Assembly (NCBI GenBank): GCA_964247055.1
Contig: OZ176052.1
Span: 3,906,001 to 3,970,000 of the forward strand
DNA: 64,000 nt
Source of the DNA: Paragordius varius
Taxonomy: Eukaryota > Animalia > Nematomorpha
Direction: 5' to 3'
Shown here piece after piece: positions 27,099 to 41,422 of the stretch. The notes under the pieces were generated by a model that saw nothing but the letters and a program-made list of their open reading frames with translations, did no database searches and was not told where the DNA came from. Made by a program: the position numbers and the translations under genes. Each line of letters starts with the position of its first letter. Position 1 is the first letter of the stretch.

Positions 27099-30000
27099 TT
27101 AATCTTTAATCCTGACGTATTGTTCATTCCATAAATTTGCATTTATATCCGGTATGCGTGTACATCTGATTCTTCTATTTCTTCTATTAATTCATTAATT
27201 AAAAACAATTTTTATTAAAACTCCATACAAAATTTAATAAATTTATAATGTATAAAACGATTTTAAAGTTTCCTTAAAAATTTTTCGTTGTAAACAATTA
27301 TTACGGTATGTCTTACCCCTTATTTGGTCGTAAAAATACGTTTCTATGCATGCGTCCAATCGAATCTGTGTTTCGGCAGATTACCCCGGCCAACGTGGTC
27401 GTTCGAATATTAATCAATTGTTCTTTTAAATTAAATATTTTTACAATGTATGGAAATAAATATACAAATAGAAAAGGTTGATAATTTCTCAAAACTTACT
27501 AAATTAAAAAGTTTATAATTACAGATATATTATACTTACCCATATAAGATTTTTGAAAATTAATATATAAAAAATGTTGTCCGAAAGAAAATATCATTGA
27601 TTGGTCGGATACTAAGGTTAAAAATTTACTATTTTATTTTAAAAGGGTTAAATTACCTTTTAACACGTTTTTAAAGTCAACAAAACAACTTTTTATTAAA
27701 ATGATAAAAATTTTAACATAGTCCCTTATAAGCAATATTTAACATTTTGAATTAATTACCAGATGTAAATTGATGTGTGATTTTGTCCGGAATATTTTTA
27801 TTTTCATACCAAAATCTGTCACCAAATTTAAATCGATGAAATTGATTGGCTACGATGCAGGAAAAGGTTGGACCTAAAATGCCATGTCTCATCATTGAAA
27901 TATTATGCGCTGGTGAAATCTCCGAAACACCGCCCATAAACAAATCAATATCATCAGGATGTCTAACCAACATTAAACAAGATTATTACAATAAATAACA
28001 GTATAATATAACTAAAAGTATCTTTAAATTAGGGAATAGAGAAATAAATGTCAAGTAAAAATTGTCTTTTCTTGCTTAAATTGGACATAAACTGAAAACT
28101 AAAAAAATCACACAAGCTCATCGATAATATTTTCTTTTTTTATTTTATTAATTATTTTTAAAAAAATTTCAACTTACTCGTAAACTTGTTTGAACGCATC
28201 GACAACCGAGTCTGGAAAATGAGAACGCATGTCAGCAAATGTTTTGAATGGGTTAAAGCCACAGAATTTTCTCCATTTATTATATGAGGGGACACCGTGC
28301 TCCCGTGCCCGTAATATATTAAGAGACATCAAATCCATACCTGGAAAAATAGTTATAGATTGGTATCTGAAGGGTTAAAAAGTTCTAATCGGTCCTTCTA
28401 ATGCAAAATGTTCATGGTCGAAACCAATCGAAAATATTAATCTCGAGTGGATTTATATGTGCAACAAAATATAAAAAAATTTTATAATCATGCATTAATT
28501 TATTTGAAATACGAATAAATGATAAAAATTAAAATTAATTTTTTTATATTTAAGTGTCTTATACAATTATTTTTAATTTATTTCACATTATATGATATAT
28601 GTTTAAAATATTGGCTTTACAAGCGGTCTCAGGTGATCAATGATAATCGGTCAGACCCAACCCTATCAAACATTACATTAAAATTCTCTTAACTTAAAAA
28701 TGTTTAGAAAAGGTCAGATGGTAAGTTTCGTTTATACAAAAGCTATATATGTAACTATCTATATTTTTTAAGATAAATAAAAATTTAATTGTTTAATTTT
28801 TAACTCCTTTACCAAACGACTCAATCGGCAATTTGAACAAATGATTTCGCACATCTTCGACCACGTGATGATCCATCATCTGTGTTGGGTGATTGGTCAT
28901 ACCGCGATAAATAGCATCCAAATTATTGCGGGTATAAATGTGTTGGGGTTGAAAAAAATCTCTCCTCAAACTCACAGCAAAGGACATACGATTAAATTGA
29001 TCCATTTTTCGTATGGTTGTGCTATAATTTTTTTAAGAAAAGAAACGATCTAAAAGGTGTCATATTGTTGATTTGTAAAGAGAATAGTTGTAGTTTGTTT
29101 AAATATTTTAGGGTGACCCTTTAAACTTTAAAAAATCCTCCTTTTTATGATTAAATAAAACCCAAACTACTAAAGGAGCTGGGCGCTTAACAAATAATAT
29201 TGTTAAAAATTATTATTATGGGTGGTCTAAAATCAACTATGTATTTTGGACAAAGACCATAAATCTATAGAGTACTTATGGGAAAAAACTTGGATTTAAA
29301 AACTTATTTCAATAAAACAAATTGGTTTGTACTCGATTAAACTGTGACCAAAACGGAACGCCGCTGTAGCAAACCCATGATCCAAACTAGCATCAATCTC
29401 TTCATCGTAAGCATTTAGATATCCAGCCTCTAGGGAACTTAAATTAAATCGTCTCATATTGGCTTCCCCAATCACAATAGGCAAAAATTCATTGTAAGCA
29501 ATGTGTTGTAATTCGGCAGCCACTATGCGACGAGCTTCTTGGTACCTAATTGAAAGGAACAATGCAATATGTGTCATAATGAATATCACATAAAAAGCTG
29601 ACAATTATTATCAGTCATTTTTAACGCAGAAAGATTAGTTAATGATTGTTTTTATAGTGGAAGAAAGGTAAGAAAATACCTATTTGCCACGCCCGGTTAT
29701 TTATTTTGTTTTAAAAAGAGAAAATTATTGAATTATTAAAATTATAATTACAATCTTTCATCTTCCCATAATGGATTTACGGAATGTAATGCATTAGCTA
29801 TCCTGTTGTGCTCACGGTGAAACAGGGTATGTATGGCAATAAGTAAAGAGTTTTCATTCGTCCTCTCATCCCCTAAAACAAATATTATTTATTATCTTTT
29901 TCTAACCTTATTAAAAATCCTTATTAAAAAAGTTTTGTAAGTATATATACCGGCAGCGAAACAGGGGTAACGATCGGAAACTCGTATTTCGCATTGTCGT

Positions 30001-32660
30001 GAAAATGAAATGGGTGAAACTGGCAACAATGGGCGCTCGAATCCACTTGGATTTGATTGCGTCCATAATTGACCTTATATGTTTTAAAATCAAATAAATA
30101 TTTTTATCCATGAAAATTTTATATCAATATTCATGGCTTAAGTTCATTTTTTGTCAAATTATAATGTGTTATATATAAACCTAATCTAAATGTTCTGAGA
30201 CTGTTGGCAATATTTGGTGTAGATCCATAGATGGCAGATCCGTCAATATATGATGTGATTTCATTATTCATTTCTCGATTGCCTATAAAACAATTTTTTT
30301 ATATTAGTTGTGATAAAATCCTTTAATGTATTTTTGAATGTTAATTTCAAATATAATAAGTGTCATTTAATAGTATCATTAAGTTTTAAAGATTCATATT
30401 TCTCTATTTTATGTTTTATACATTCGACCATACCTAATTTACAATCTTTGGAAATGACAGGAAAAGATCTAACCACCTCCATACATTGATGATGGTGGAT
30501 AGAGAAAAAAGAATCGTTGCTTGGAATATCCATAGCCAAGCAAAGCGGATTAACTTTATTCATTTGAGCGGATGACCCATTCATACAACATCCAAGTCCT
30601 CCATATTTGTAGCCTATATTTATTTATAAAAACATAAAATGTGGTTAACCATGTTAGGTGTCTAGTGATGATGCTCTCTAAGACTTATGACATCTTAACG
30701 GCCCAACAAGTAAATTTTAAATATAATCGGTTTGTATATTAAATCGTATTCGATAAAAAAGTAAGTTATAATTGAATCTACAATAGGTATTGATAGTGTG
30801 CAACATTACAAATGACGGCAAAAAATAGCAACGGATCTGTAATCTAATTTATACCTCTAATATAATTTTAAAAATAATTTTGTAACCCTTCAAAGGGATT
30901 ATATATATTGGCAAGGCAGTCTTTTTTGAAAGTCGCGCACTATCACAAAATTCGAAGTTGTATAAAAGTTTATGTTCCAACACGTAAATTTTTTAATATC
31001 TTAAATTATTTATGATACCCGTGGGACTAGAAACAAGACTGAATTCATGGTCCATTAATTGCCCAAAAACCATAACCATAGATGTAGCAAAAGGGTGAGC
31101 CTTTGGGGACATGGGTAGGACAGCCATATTAATAATTCGAGGGTGAGGTAATGGTTTTCCCTTTTTATTTAGCCTTGGAGTGGAGAGTCCTAACATAGTG
31201 TAATTACGGCTTTTAACATAAATTATATCAATGAAATTATATGGTTAAAAAACATAAAATCGGCTAATTAAACAGATTATTTTTTAAGTTTGACTAAAAG
31301 CTTGTTGACCTAATGTCAGGCACGGTTCAATACTTTTGATTTAATATTTAACAATTTCCAGAGTATATAGTGTAAAAAATATCAAATTTTACCTAAACTT
31401 GATTAGTTTATTATTAGCAAAATACCATCTCCGAAATCGGGTTTTAAGAATCTTTGAGCGGGTGAATGGGAAGTGCCCCTAAACGGATATTTTAGATTGT
31501 TGCAATATCCATCAATCTCTCTATATCGAGGATTACAGGTTCGATCCGCAAACGTTCCGATATCCCGAAGCAATCCAGTGCTGATCAATGATTTGTTTTG
31601 GCGATTCATATAGGGACACTCATCTTCAAACATTGTTCCATTCATTTGCATGGATTCAATTCGTCTTTTAATTTTGGATTTTGTCATATTAAATTCTTTA
31701 AGTCTATGATTTTAATAGTATTTATGTTACACATACGTATGTAGTTTTTCAATATAGAAAAAGTGCTTGGTGATATAGGAAGTGTCCTAATTTTATTAAA
31801 TTAATCTCAAACCGACATAAAATAATAGCACAGATTTTACATTTACAGTTAAAAAGTATGGAGTCCAAATATCACTTAAAAACAAACTTAATTTTAAATA
31901 TGCAATCCAAATTTAAGGAACATTATATTTTAAAAAGCCATTTTTGGTACCACCTGGTAATACTTTTCATGCTAATACAGTAAAAATTAAAACTATACGG
32001 ACAAAACGTAAAAATATACAGACACAAATTTTTTTGTTAAAAGTCAATACTTTTTTAAACCTTAATTTTTTCTTTAATTATTTAATTACAACTGTAAAAT
32101 ATATAATTGATTGTGTTACCAATATACATCTGTGTTAATGCTTTTCAATTAAAAAAATATGATTACTTTTAGAAAAAAATATGTGCCTTTTATTTTTACG
32201 TTTTGTCCGTATAATTTCAATTTTTACTGAAATACAAGCATAATAATTAATGGATAAAATAGAAATTACCTCTTTTTCATTTCTTCTCCCATAAAATAGG
32301 CTATGAAACCAAGTTTAATTTTCTTGAATGCTAAAGGCCGCTCAACAATCGCATCATTATCTTGTTATATAATAAATTATGAGAAATGAAGAACATTCAT
32401 ATAAAAAATTTGATATTCCTTATATATTTCAATATATTTTCACATACCATACCTCTGTATAAGGCAGACTTTAATTCATTTACACGCATCCTTTCAAACT
32501 TTGCCAAAGCATTTTCCATAATTTGTTGCATGGCATCGCTGGACATATCCAAAATTTTAGCTTCTCTAACGCCTTCATTTTGAGCCAATGAACGATAATC
32601 CACAAATATTTGGAATATAAATGTAATAATTATTAAATATTTTGATAATTGAGCTACCAT
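27099..32660 (-). CDS. Secreted animal heme peroxidase (chorion peroxidase/peroxinectin-like)
   Basis: Signal-like N-terminus [20 protein letters not shown]; motifs [18 protein letters not shown] (distal His), [12 protein letters not shown] (Ca loop), GDERTNEN (distal Arg and ester Glu), AFRFGHS (proximal His), [13 protein letters not shown] and [12 protein letters not shown]. About 14 exons, ending [12 protein letters not shown]. Confidence 0.92.
31978..32229. mobile_element. Hairpin MITE with CAGTAAAAATT termini in peroxidase intron
   Basis: Arms cagtaaaaattaaaactatacggacaaaacgtaaaaata and tatttttacgttttgtccgtataatttcaatttttactg are reverse complements. Confidence 0.7.
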
Positions 32661-33544
32661 AATTTTTATATAATTTTTTTTTGGAGAATATAGTGATAAA
32701 ATACGAGTTAATGTCAACACAACATCTAACCAAATTTGTTAAAACACTAAATATAAATTGTAGGTAATAGTGATATTATCATATATATATCAGTTAAAAA
32801 ATATTGTAACATAATACTTTAGACATACATTTATGTAAACGGATTTGGTGTAAATTATTATAAACGAAATATATAGTAAATTTTTTGGGTATTAAATATT
32901 ATATATATTAATATATAGCTTATTTAAACGATAATTTATTGGTAATAAATATAACGATTATATTTATAGGATATATAGGAATATAATGATGCGCTTTCAG
33001 TGTCTAAAAATATTATCGCATAAAAAACCGATGGCGCAGAGAGCTAATAATTATGTATAAAATTCGAAAATATAATTAGGATTCTGATGGTGCTTTTGAT
33101 TTTTACGATCGATTTGATAAAAATACCCTTTTTTGTAATTAATCAAAAGTAACTTGCAAATTTTATCTGGTATACAAATAAATAATTATTTTGCTTACTT
33201 AATGCTTTTACTTATCGTATTAGATCAGATTAAAAAATTCAGCATAATTAATCCATGAACTCGCACAGATATCTCATAACAGAATGCTATAGTCCAGGCA
33301 ACTGCCCTATCCATATTCATCATCATTTTAAAATTAATGATATACAATTATTTCAATAGAAACAATTTTAGTGGGTTATGAGGTCTAAATGTCTCGAAAC
33401 CTTGAAAATTGGCTCATGATATAATATACACAAAAAGTGGATATATTTAAAAATTATTAATATATGCTATAATCAACATCAAAATTATTAACACTTGTTT
33501 ACCTGCTGGATATAACCCAACGCGATTTAAAATCAATATATTAG

Positions 33545-34105
33545 CACTTGTATACAACACATTCATTTTAGTCCTTCGATTCAAATTGGGGTAGGATACC
33601 CCAGGCCTATTATTAAATTCTTTAATATAAAAGGAATCAAAACCATGGCAAAATTTTGCACTTATATAACATCAATAAACCAAAATATATAAAAAAATTT
33701 ATTCAAAAATACTTGATATTACTTATTTTAAGCCAAATTCCAAAGGTAGAACTTTAGTCAACGTGACATGTATGCAATGGTAAAATTAAAAAATAATAAA
33801 AAATAAACCACTTTTTCTATTTCTACAGTGTCAGATGTAATTTAAATAAAAAATTAGCTTTCATTTTACCTTTAAAATTACATAAAGACAATATTAGCAA
33901 AAGTTTTATAAAATAAAAATGGCGTCGAAGGGGTTTGACATGGAACTTTTTTTTCAAACGAAATTTTAGATATTTTGGCTTATTTATATTATTTTTTAGG
34001 ATAGAAGCGTAAATTTAAATTGAGATCGTTTTTTTCAGTATTTTTTTAAAATTTTAAGTTAAATTAAGTCTGGGGTATTTAGATACCCCAATTTGAATCG
34101 AAGTG
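33545..34105 (+). mobile_element. piggyBac-like non-autonomous element, copy C
   Basis: ttag-CACTTG...CTTCGATTCAAATTGGGG at the left end; CCCCAATTTGAATCGAAGTG-TTAA at the right end. Colinear with copy B. Confidence 0.85.
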
Positions 34106-34589
34106 TTAAAAAATATTTTAATGGGCCAAATTTTAAATTAGGCATTGTTTGTTGGCGCATGATTAAAAAATCTTTTTAAAAAAGTAAATTGTAAAAAAAT
34201 TCTATTTCAAACTTAGGTGACATTTTTTAACGCTTTACGGTAATACAACATGAAATAAATGTATATTATGATTAAACAATATAACTACTCAAATTTTGTA
34301 AGCTTTTTGAAACATTTTAGCAATAAAATATTGGTTACTGAGTTTAAAGCCACAATTTTGGACTTAAGATTAGAGTGCAAAAAATGTAAGCTTTTTTTAT
34401 TAAATACGGGAAAACAATGTTTGATATTTAAATTTTATTCAAAACTAGCTTTAAATCAGTACTTTATGTACATATTAGCTCTTGGAAACAATACTATTCC
34501 GAATATAATCGAATGTAATTATAATGAAGTGTTAAAATCTGATTTTATATTTAATTTTTGACAAACTACTTTAGCATAAGCGCAATTTG

Positions 34590-34900
34590 GTGTTTTAACG
34601 CCTTCAACTTATGGTATAAAAAAACAGTTTTCCCAATAAAATCGTGGCCGCTGAAGTTCTCTATTATCAATCTATATTAAAAAATATCATCCAACATTTC
34701 ACCTACATATCAGGTGGTCATGAGTCATTACCGGTTTATTCGAAATATTCTCGATAGGCTTCTACAGCTCATCTCTTAAGAAATGTATAAGTGCCATGCC
34801 ATAAAAACTAATTGTTTTGCGGCAAAGCATAAGCCGTTTTTCACTTCTAATTTATTGAAATACTGCTCTGTAAGTGTGCGCCCCATTGATGAGAGATAAA
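34590..34900 (-). mobile_element. Possible highly decayed mariner transposase N-terminus
   Basis: Broken minus-strand fragments (YRAV, FYGMAL, KR*AVE) loosely resemble mariner HTH motifs. Weak evidence. Confidence 0.25.
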
Positions 34901-36561
34901 AAATTGAAATTACACAGGCAAAATGTAAATATGAATAATATTTTTTAAAAAACACTCATATTTTTAAACGTTGATTTCCTTATAGAAAACAATATATAAA
35001 ATTTTAAACTGTGTAAATGAGTGTATTATGAATTTCCATAAAGAATTTGCCATGTACTCTGGCTCATTCTAGTCTTTTCACGATCAATGCCCGGTTTATA
35101 ATAATTGTTTATTGACCCGCTTTTAAAATATAGTTTAGGAGTAATTTTATATTTTTTTTGAATGAAATTTAGCTTTTACCAAAAATTTTTATCTAGGAAA
35201 AGCGGAATTCCCCATTTTTCGATATGAAGCAATTACCGTAAAAGTGTAATTTTCTCAAATTCATGAGACGTAAAACCAAAAGCAGCGTTAGGCTAAATAA
35301 AGATACATAACAAATATTCCATAAACAAATGACTGATTATAATTAGTATTTGGTTTGCGTTGTCCTTAAAGGCAAGATGACTCCTATTTTTTGCATAGTG
35401 TGGTGTTCTATATCCCAAAATACGATTTAGAAAAACTACATTTTGAACCTAAACTTGGCACACTACATATTTTCTTATCATACGAATGTTCAGATGACCT
35501 TTTTTGATCACGAATAGGTTTTAACTATTTATAACAACGAACCATGATAAAATATTTTTTTCTATGTGACAAAATAGAAAAATCGGTAGGGGGTGGGGGG
35601 AGGGGGTTATAAAAAGTATCTTGATGAATATATTATGATAGATAATTGTATCAGGATTGTCCTGAGCTTTTTGTTTTGGAGTATACAAGTGAAAGAAAGG
35701 TATTTGCACTTTTGTGGTAAGGCTCGATGTAAAATCCAAAAATCAGCTCACAGTATGTTCACATATCATTCTGATAGCGCCTTTTTGCGTTTGTCCCTTT
35801 TGAAGGGGTCTTTGTGACTTTCGTTGTCCACATCTAAAATTTATATTATATGGAATAGTTAGATTTTGATATGTAATTTATGATATATCATATTTTTCAC
35901 CAAAAATAATTAATTTTACAAAATATGCGCAATTGTCATTTTATGATATGTTCAATGTGGATAACATTCCTAATAAGTCGTTAGGGAAAACTAAAAGTGA
36001 TAGAAAACTCTGATAGATTTATTTATTAATAAAATATGTATATCAGTAGAATATCTTTGTGTGTGTGATGAGCGATAATGCGTTTTTTTAATCATGATAT
36101 TAAAAATAACCGAAACCTATGCGTGTCAGTTTTTCCATCAGAATATGGATATTATAATTATTAGCATATGTTATTTTAATTAATCAAAACTTGATAATGT
36201 GAAAGCACTTGATTTAGTACTAAAAAATTATGCAATTTCAATAATATACCTGTAATCAATTTTCTATTATAAAAATATATTTATTTTAATATTTTATTTG
36301 CGATCACTTTTTTATCATTGATATAAATTTTAAAAGAGGGTTTTCAATGTAAATTTTATTATAGCATTGTTAAGATATGTTCGCTCTAGGGTATAACTAA
36401 ATAATAATGGGTATAAAATTTATATAGATATAAAATATGGGCTTCTTTTATAAAAATTGATTTAAAATCGTCCATGGACAAATATTTGATTATTTATTAT
36501 GGGTTGCACTTTTATAGGGTTGGTACAAGATGATTGAATTTAAAATATTCACACCTATTTA

Positions 36562-37677
36562 ATGAATTCTGGGGAAATATATCAAAAGTGTTTGCGGAAA
36601 GTACTTATTTTTATAATTTAGTATATATCACTATTGAATGATGGGTGTCAAATTGACACCTATTTAAAGAAATTGAAGTCACATCCATTTTGTTTAGTTA
36701 TTTATTATAATGTAGGTAAAGGGAATATATTAGTTTTGGGAATGGAATTAATGGTTGGCACATTTGAGCATAAACGTTTACCCCATTTATACCAAGAACT
36801 AGTTGATAATCTCAAAAATGCGTTATCCACATCTGATCGAAATCATCTTAAAGCTCTTTTGTTTATGGCTAAATATGATGTATTTCTTTTAACCTATTAT
36901 AGTTTGAAAATGCAATTAAATGTTGGAAAACAATTATTATAACTAATCCTGATGATATATTAGCCTTAAAGTTTGCACATGATGTTTCATTTTACTTGGG
37001 AACTTTTGAGGCAATATTGGATTTGTATCCATTAGTTTTGAGAAAATTGGATGTCACAAACTTTTTTTACAGGTATTTTTACGTGCGCCTATATATTAGT
37101 TACATATTGGCAATGTATGCATTTGCAAAAGTCGAAACATTTTTGCTGGAGGATGCTGAATATTTGTCCATTAATGTAAATTAACTGTTTTTGATATTTA
37201 TAACAATATTAAATTTATTGTTAAAAATGGGTATAAACCTACCAATTTTTTTCTATAAAAAAATTATTTAAGTTTTTTATAAGACGAAGCCCTAGTATAT
37301 TTAGTTATATAGATTATTTTATAATTGACAAATAAAATTTGAGTTGGTAAATATACTTTTTATGTGAATAACAGGCCTTGAATACATTTCGACTAAATGC
37401 AATTTTTTTATTATTTCTTTAATTTGATGACTATTTTAATATAAACGCGATTTATATTTGAAAATTCAGTTTTTTACTAGTAACAACTGGAAAATCGCAT
37501 TTTCGCACATATGTTCACATAAAAATAAATATGAAAAAAATGGGTCAGTTTATATTTTTGTAACTTAACATTATCCTAAATAGGGATTAATATTCATTGA
37601 CTTATTCATTTTTACGAATGTACAAAACTCACAATGATAAGATCTAATAGATGTCGTTAGAATATCAAATATTTTAA

Positions 37678-37714
<37 letters not shown>

Positions 37715-39362
37715 GTAATTATCCATCCAAAAGTGTTTGAAAATGAATCCACAAAATGCATGGGCTACACATTCTCTAGTCCATGTATACAGTATGACGG
37801 ATAGACATGACAAAGCTTTATTTTTTCTCGAAACTACAAAAACTGATTGGGAACAAAGTGATTTTTTGGGTTGTCACATTTATTGGCATTTAGCTCTTTT
37901 ATATTTGGAGAAGGTAATTAATTTTAAATATCGTTTTTTTAATTTTATTTTATAATTCTATTGATAGCAGTAGGCATGTCTTTTTAAATGTAAGATTATT
38001 TTGAAACTATGGGTCGGTTTGGAAATGGGTAAAAAGTAGTTGAATAAAATATGTGGAAATTTTTCACGTTGGAATTTTTTCATATTCATTCCGAATCAAA
38101 ATATTTTCAAAAATGACATACGATTTGGGCATTCCCCTTAGGCAAAAAATTGAAAAATTTGAAACTTAAATAATAAAGAGTTTGATAATATTGATCTGAG
38201 CCCAAGATATTTGTTCTTTTAATGTTTTTTAGGATTATACTTTTTAAAGATTTTTGATTCGAATGGTGGAATTCACTGTTTCAGTTTCAATTTATCAAAC
38301 TTTATGTTAACCAATTTGATTTATTTTTCCATATCTAGGGTGATGTTGCCCAAGCATATGATGTGTTTTCCACTCAAATTAAATGTAGAGCCTTGGATTC
38401 TCTTTCCTTGTTTCATTTTGTGGACGCCGTTTCCATTCTTTATCGATTATGTGCTTACCAAAGTATGACAGATGATTGTAATAATATGCCCCTTTACGCA
38501 CCATACGTATGCAATTATAAATCTGCTTACATGGTTGATTGGATTACTTTAACGCGGGATATAGCCTCAACGTTTGTTGAAAAGTTTCATGTATGGCCAT
38601 TCAATGTAGCTCATATACAATTAACTTTATCTGTTACTATGTTTGAAATAATGAAATTTATGGATAACAACTCATTACAAAACGACGAATTCCGTGAAAA
38701 TAAATTATTTGACGGTAAAATCTGCCAAACACACTGTGAAGATTGCAAGGAATGTGCTCAATCTAAAAATGTACATGGGCATCCATCCGAATTAAACTTA
38801 AATTATTTAGATAAATATGATGGCGATGACCATAGTCTGAATGAAATACTCACTCATGTGCAATATTTACAAAAACGGTTTAACGTTCATCTTGAAAAAA
38901 ATCTCAGGTTTTTCCTTTTATAAAATTTGTAATATCATTAATTTTTCCGTTTCTTCATAGTGATATATTATTTTTAAAAGGAATAATTCTACCACAAGCT
39001 ACGGGGTACTATGCAAAAATCTTGAAGTGTTATGCAACTTTATATCTCAACTATTTTGCGCCCATAAAATGCAAGAAGAACCTAATCTAACTATAGAGTC
39101 GGCACAACAATTTTTTGAGTTAGCTAATACACCTTCATATCCAATGTGCACAATTGATATAAATAATAATGATGTTGTTCATACCAATAAGGATAAAATA
39201 ATCAATGCAAAAAATTTTTGTTGGTTAGGCGGTAGTTTCCCACAACGTGAACTCTTTACTCTTATATGTTATCAGTACATGAAGCAAGCGATGAAATTTA
39301 ATTATCCAGCCAACGCTAATGACACCTATGAATGGAATAATTTAAAATGCAATTTCGAGTAA
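36562..39362 (+). CDS. TTC38: Tetratricopeptide repeat protein 38
   Basis: Motifs PDDILALKFAHDVSFYLG, NPQNAWATHSLVHV, DFLGCHIYWHLALLYLEKG, FVDAVSILYRL, FNVAHI and LGGSFPQRELF match recalled TTC38 motifs in order. Start codon is tentative. Confidence 0.9.
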
Positions 39363-39399
39363 AATAAAAAACATTTTGATAAAATATTATTTATATTTA

Positions 39400-39609
39400 C
39401 AGTCATGTTTGCTTTATTTTATCATTTTTTTTTCGTTAAATGATTTTAAAAATATTTGGTAAAGAACGAACAAGAGCTCTATGGTATACTTTTTTAATGA
39501 ATATGATATTGTTAATACCATAGAGCTTTTTTTTCTATTCTTTACCAAATATTTATACCCATTTAACGAAAATAAAAAACATTTTGATAAAATAAAGGAT
39601 ACATGACTG
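39400..39609. mobile_element. TA-CAGTCATG hairpin MITE just after the TTC38 stop
   Basis: ~90-bp inverted arms tacagtcatg...gagctctatggtat and ataccatagagc...catgactgta, with flanking TA. Confidence 0.8.
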
Positions 39610-40059
39610 TATTTCGAAATCTAAAAATAATTATTTTTCGTTTCTTAATATATTTTCTAACAAAACCTTATTTATATATAACATTGATGATTATTAATTT
39701 TCATATCTAGTTTAATGGGAAATCATCTGAAAATGCCAAACCACAACTTTTTATGGTCAATTCGAGATTTTTCAAATACATAATCTATGAAACACACACA
39801 CTATATATTTATATTATTACGACCATACTCGGTGAAAACAATGCATCTTACTATTTATAGACACAAATAAATTTATTTACAACTATCTATCGTCTATATA
39901 CACTTAGTTATAATGTAATAAATTAATTGGCCTCGTTCGAATGTCATTGAATCGGAAAAATCATTACTGATGTTTATTGGCATTAAGAAACAGTCATATT
40001 ATTATAACTGTTTATGACCTACTCTATATTTCCGTTTCCAAACACATTATTTTAACTAT

Positions 40060-41065
40060 ATTGTGCAAAAAAATGGTTTTTTAAAAAATTTTCATGAGAT
40101 AGCTTATGCCTTACGTATTATTTATTCGCAAAAATTTATATTTGTTGACGACTAGAATATCGAAATTGGAATCAATGTTAAGGATAATTAATAAAATATT
40201 GTTAAAATTTGAGAAATTGTTAATATCATTTTATCAGATATTTACAATATATAAACAGCCTAAAATCATGCAAATAAAATTTTTATTAAAACTCAGATCA
40301 AACACTCCTGTTTTTCATTTGATAATACAAAAAAATTCATAATTGTACTAAAATGGATTCTTACAGTAAAATTAACTTATTTATCAAAATAAAGTTTATA
40401 AAATATTGTTTTTTATTTTTTCATTTTTTGTCATCTAATTTATGAGTGTACAATAAATTTACTTTATTTTGGAATCTTATATGATCGGGACTTACAAAAT
40501 ATACTATATCATTCTGTATATATCCTAAAGGTTTGTTTTATAACAAATTAATAATACTGGGATTTGTACAAATATTTGTTTAATTTCCACTACTTGTAAA
40601 TCCTATTTTGTATTAATTTATATTTGTAATTCCCGCTCGTGTAAGATTCAAAAAAAATTTATACACTCATAAACCAGATGACAAAAAACATATTATCAAT
40701 TTTATTTTAATATTTAGGTTATTTTTACTGTATAAAATAGGAATGTTAAGATTTAGTGAGTTTAGCTAGTAAATTAGTTTTATAAAAAAATTGAATTTTA
40801 AGTATATGTGAGGAAAAACACGAATTTTGATCTGAGTTTTATACAAAAAAAACAATATGTTAGGATTTTGTAATTATCTGATAAAAAATAATATATTTTT
40901 ATATCTCATGTTACTATTTTTAAATATTCGCTTTTTGCCCAATTCCAATTTTTTCTCAATATTTCAAAAACTAGATCGTCAACAAAAAACATTTTTGCGG
41001 CAAGGCAAATGAATTTGATGGTTTTAGGTTATCTCAAAAATTAAAAATTTTTCACACTGTGCTAT
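40060..41065. mobile_element. ~1-kb foldback element with long imperfect inverted arms
   Basis: Blocks cgcaaaaat..tttgttgacga.ctag, ttttatcagata, aaaactcagatcaaa, tacagtaaaa and ttttttgtcatct..tttatgagtgta recur in mirrored order and orientation. Ends are approximate. Confidence 0.7.
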
Positions 41066-41422
41066 AATCGCTTAAAACTGCACCACTATTTTCAAGAGCC
41101 TAGAGATAATGATGTGTCTATATACTCAAATTTTAATTCGAAAACATAATTATCACAAAATCTTTCAGGGGCTATATAACATATTATATACCTTGTTTCC
41201 AGTTTATTAAATTTTCTATGAAGATTTGTCACTAAAATAGCATTTTTTATAATATCTAATAACATTTATTCATTTTTATATTTTTATTATTATTTGAAAG
41301 CCAAAAAATTTGCTTACTATTAAATATTTGGCTTGAGATACGAGTATTGAAGGTTCATTAACCATTTTACCTCCTAAGTTATATTGAATGATAGGTTAAT
41401 TAACATTTCGAAATATATACTC

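Noticed and set aside
583-32660. Gly-rich protein as a cross-linking substrate of the neighbouring peroxidase
   Set aside because: The mature protein has no Tyr, and the genes are 22 kb apart with trh between them.
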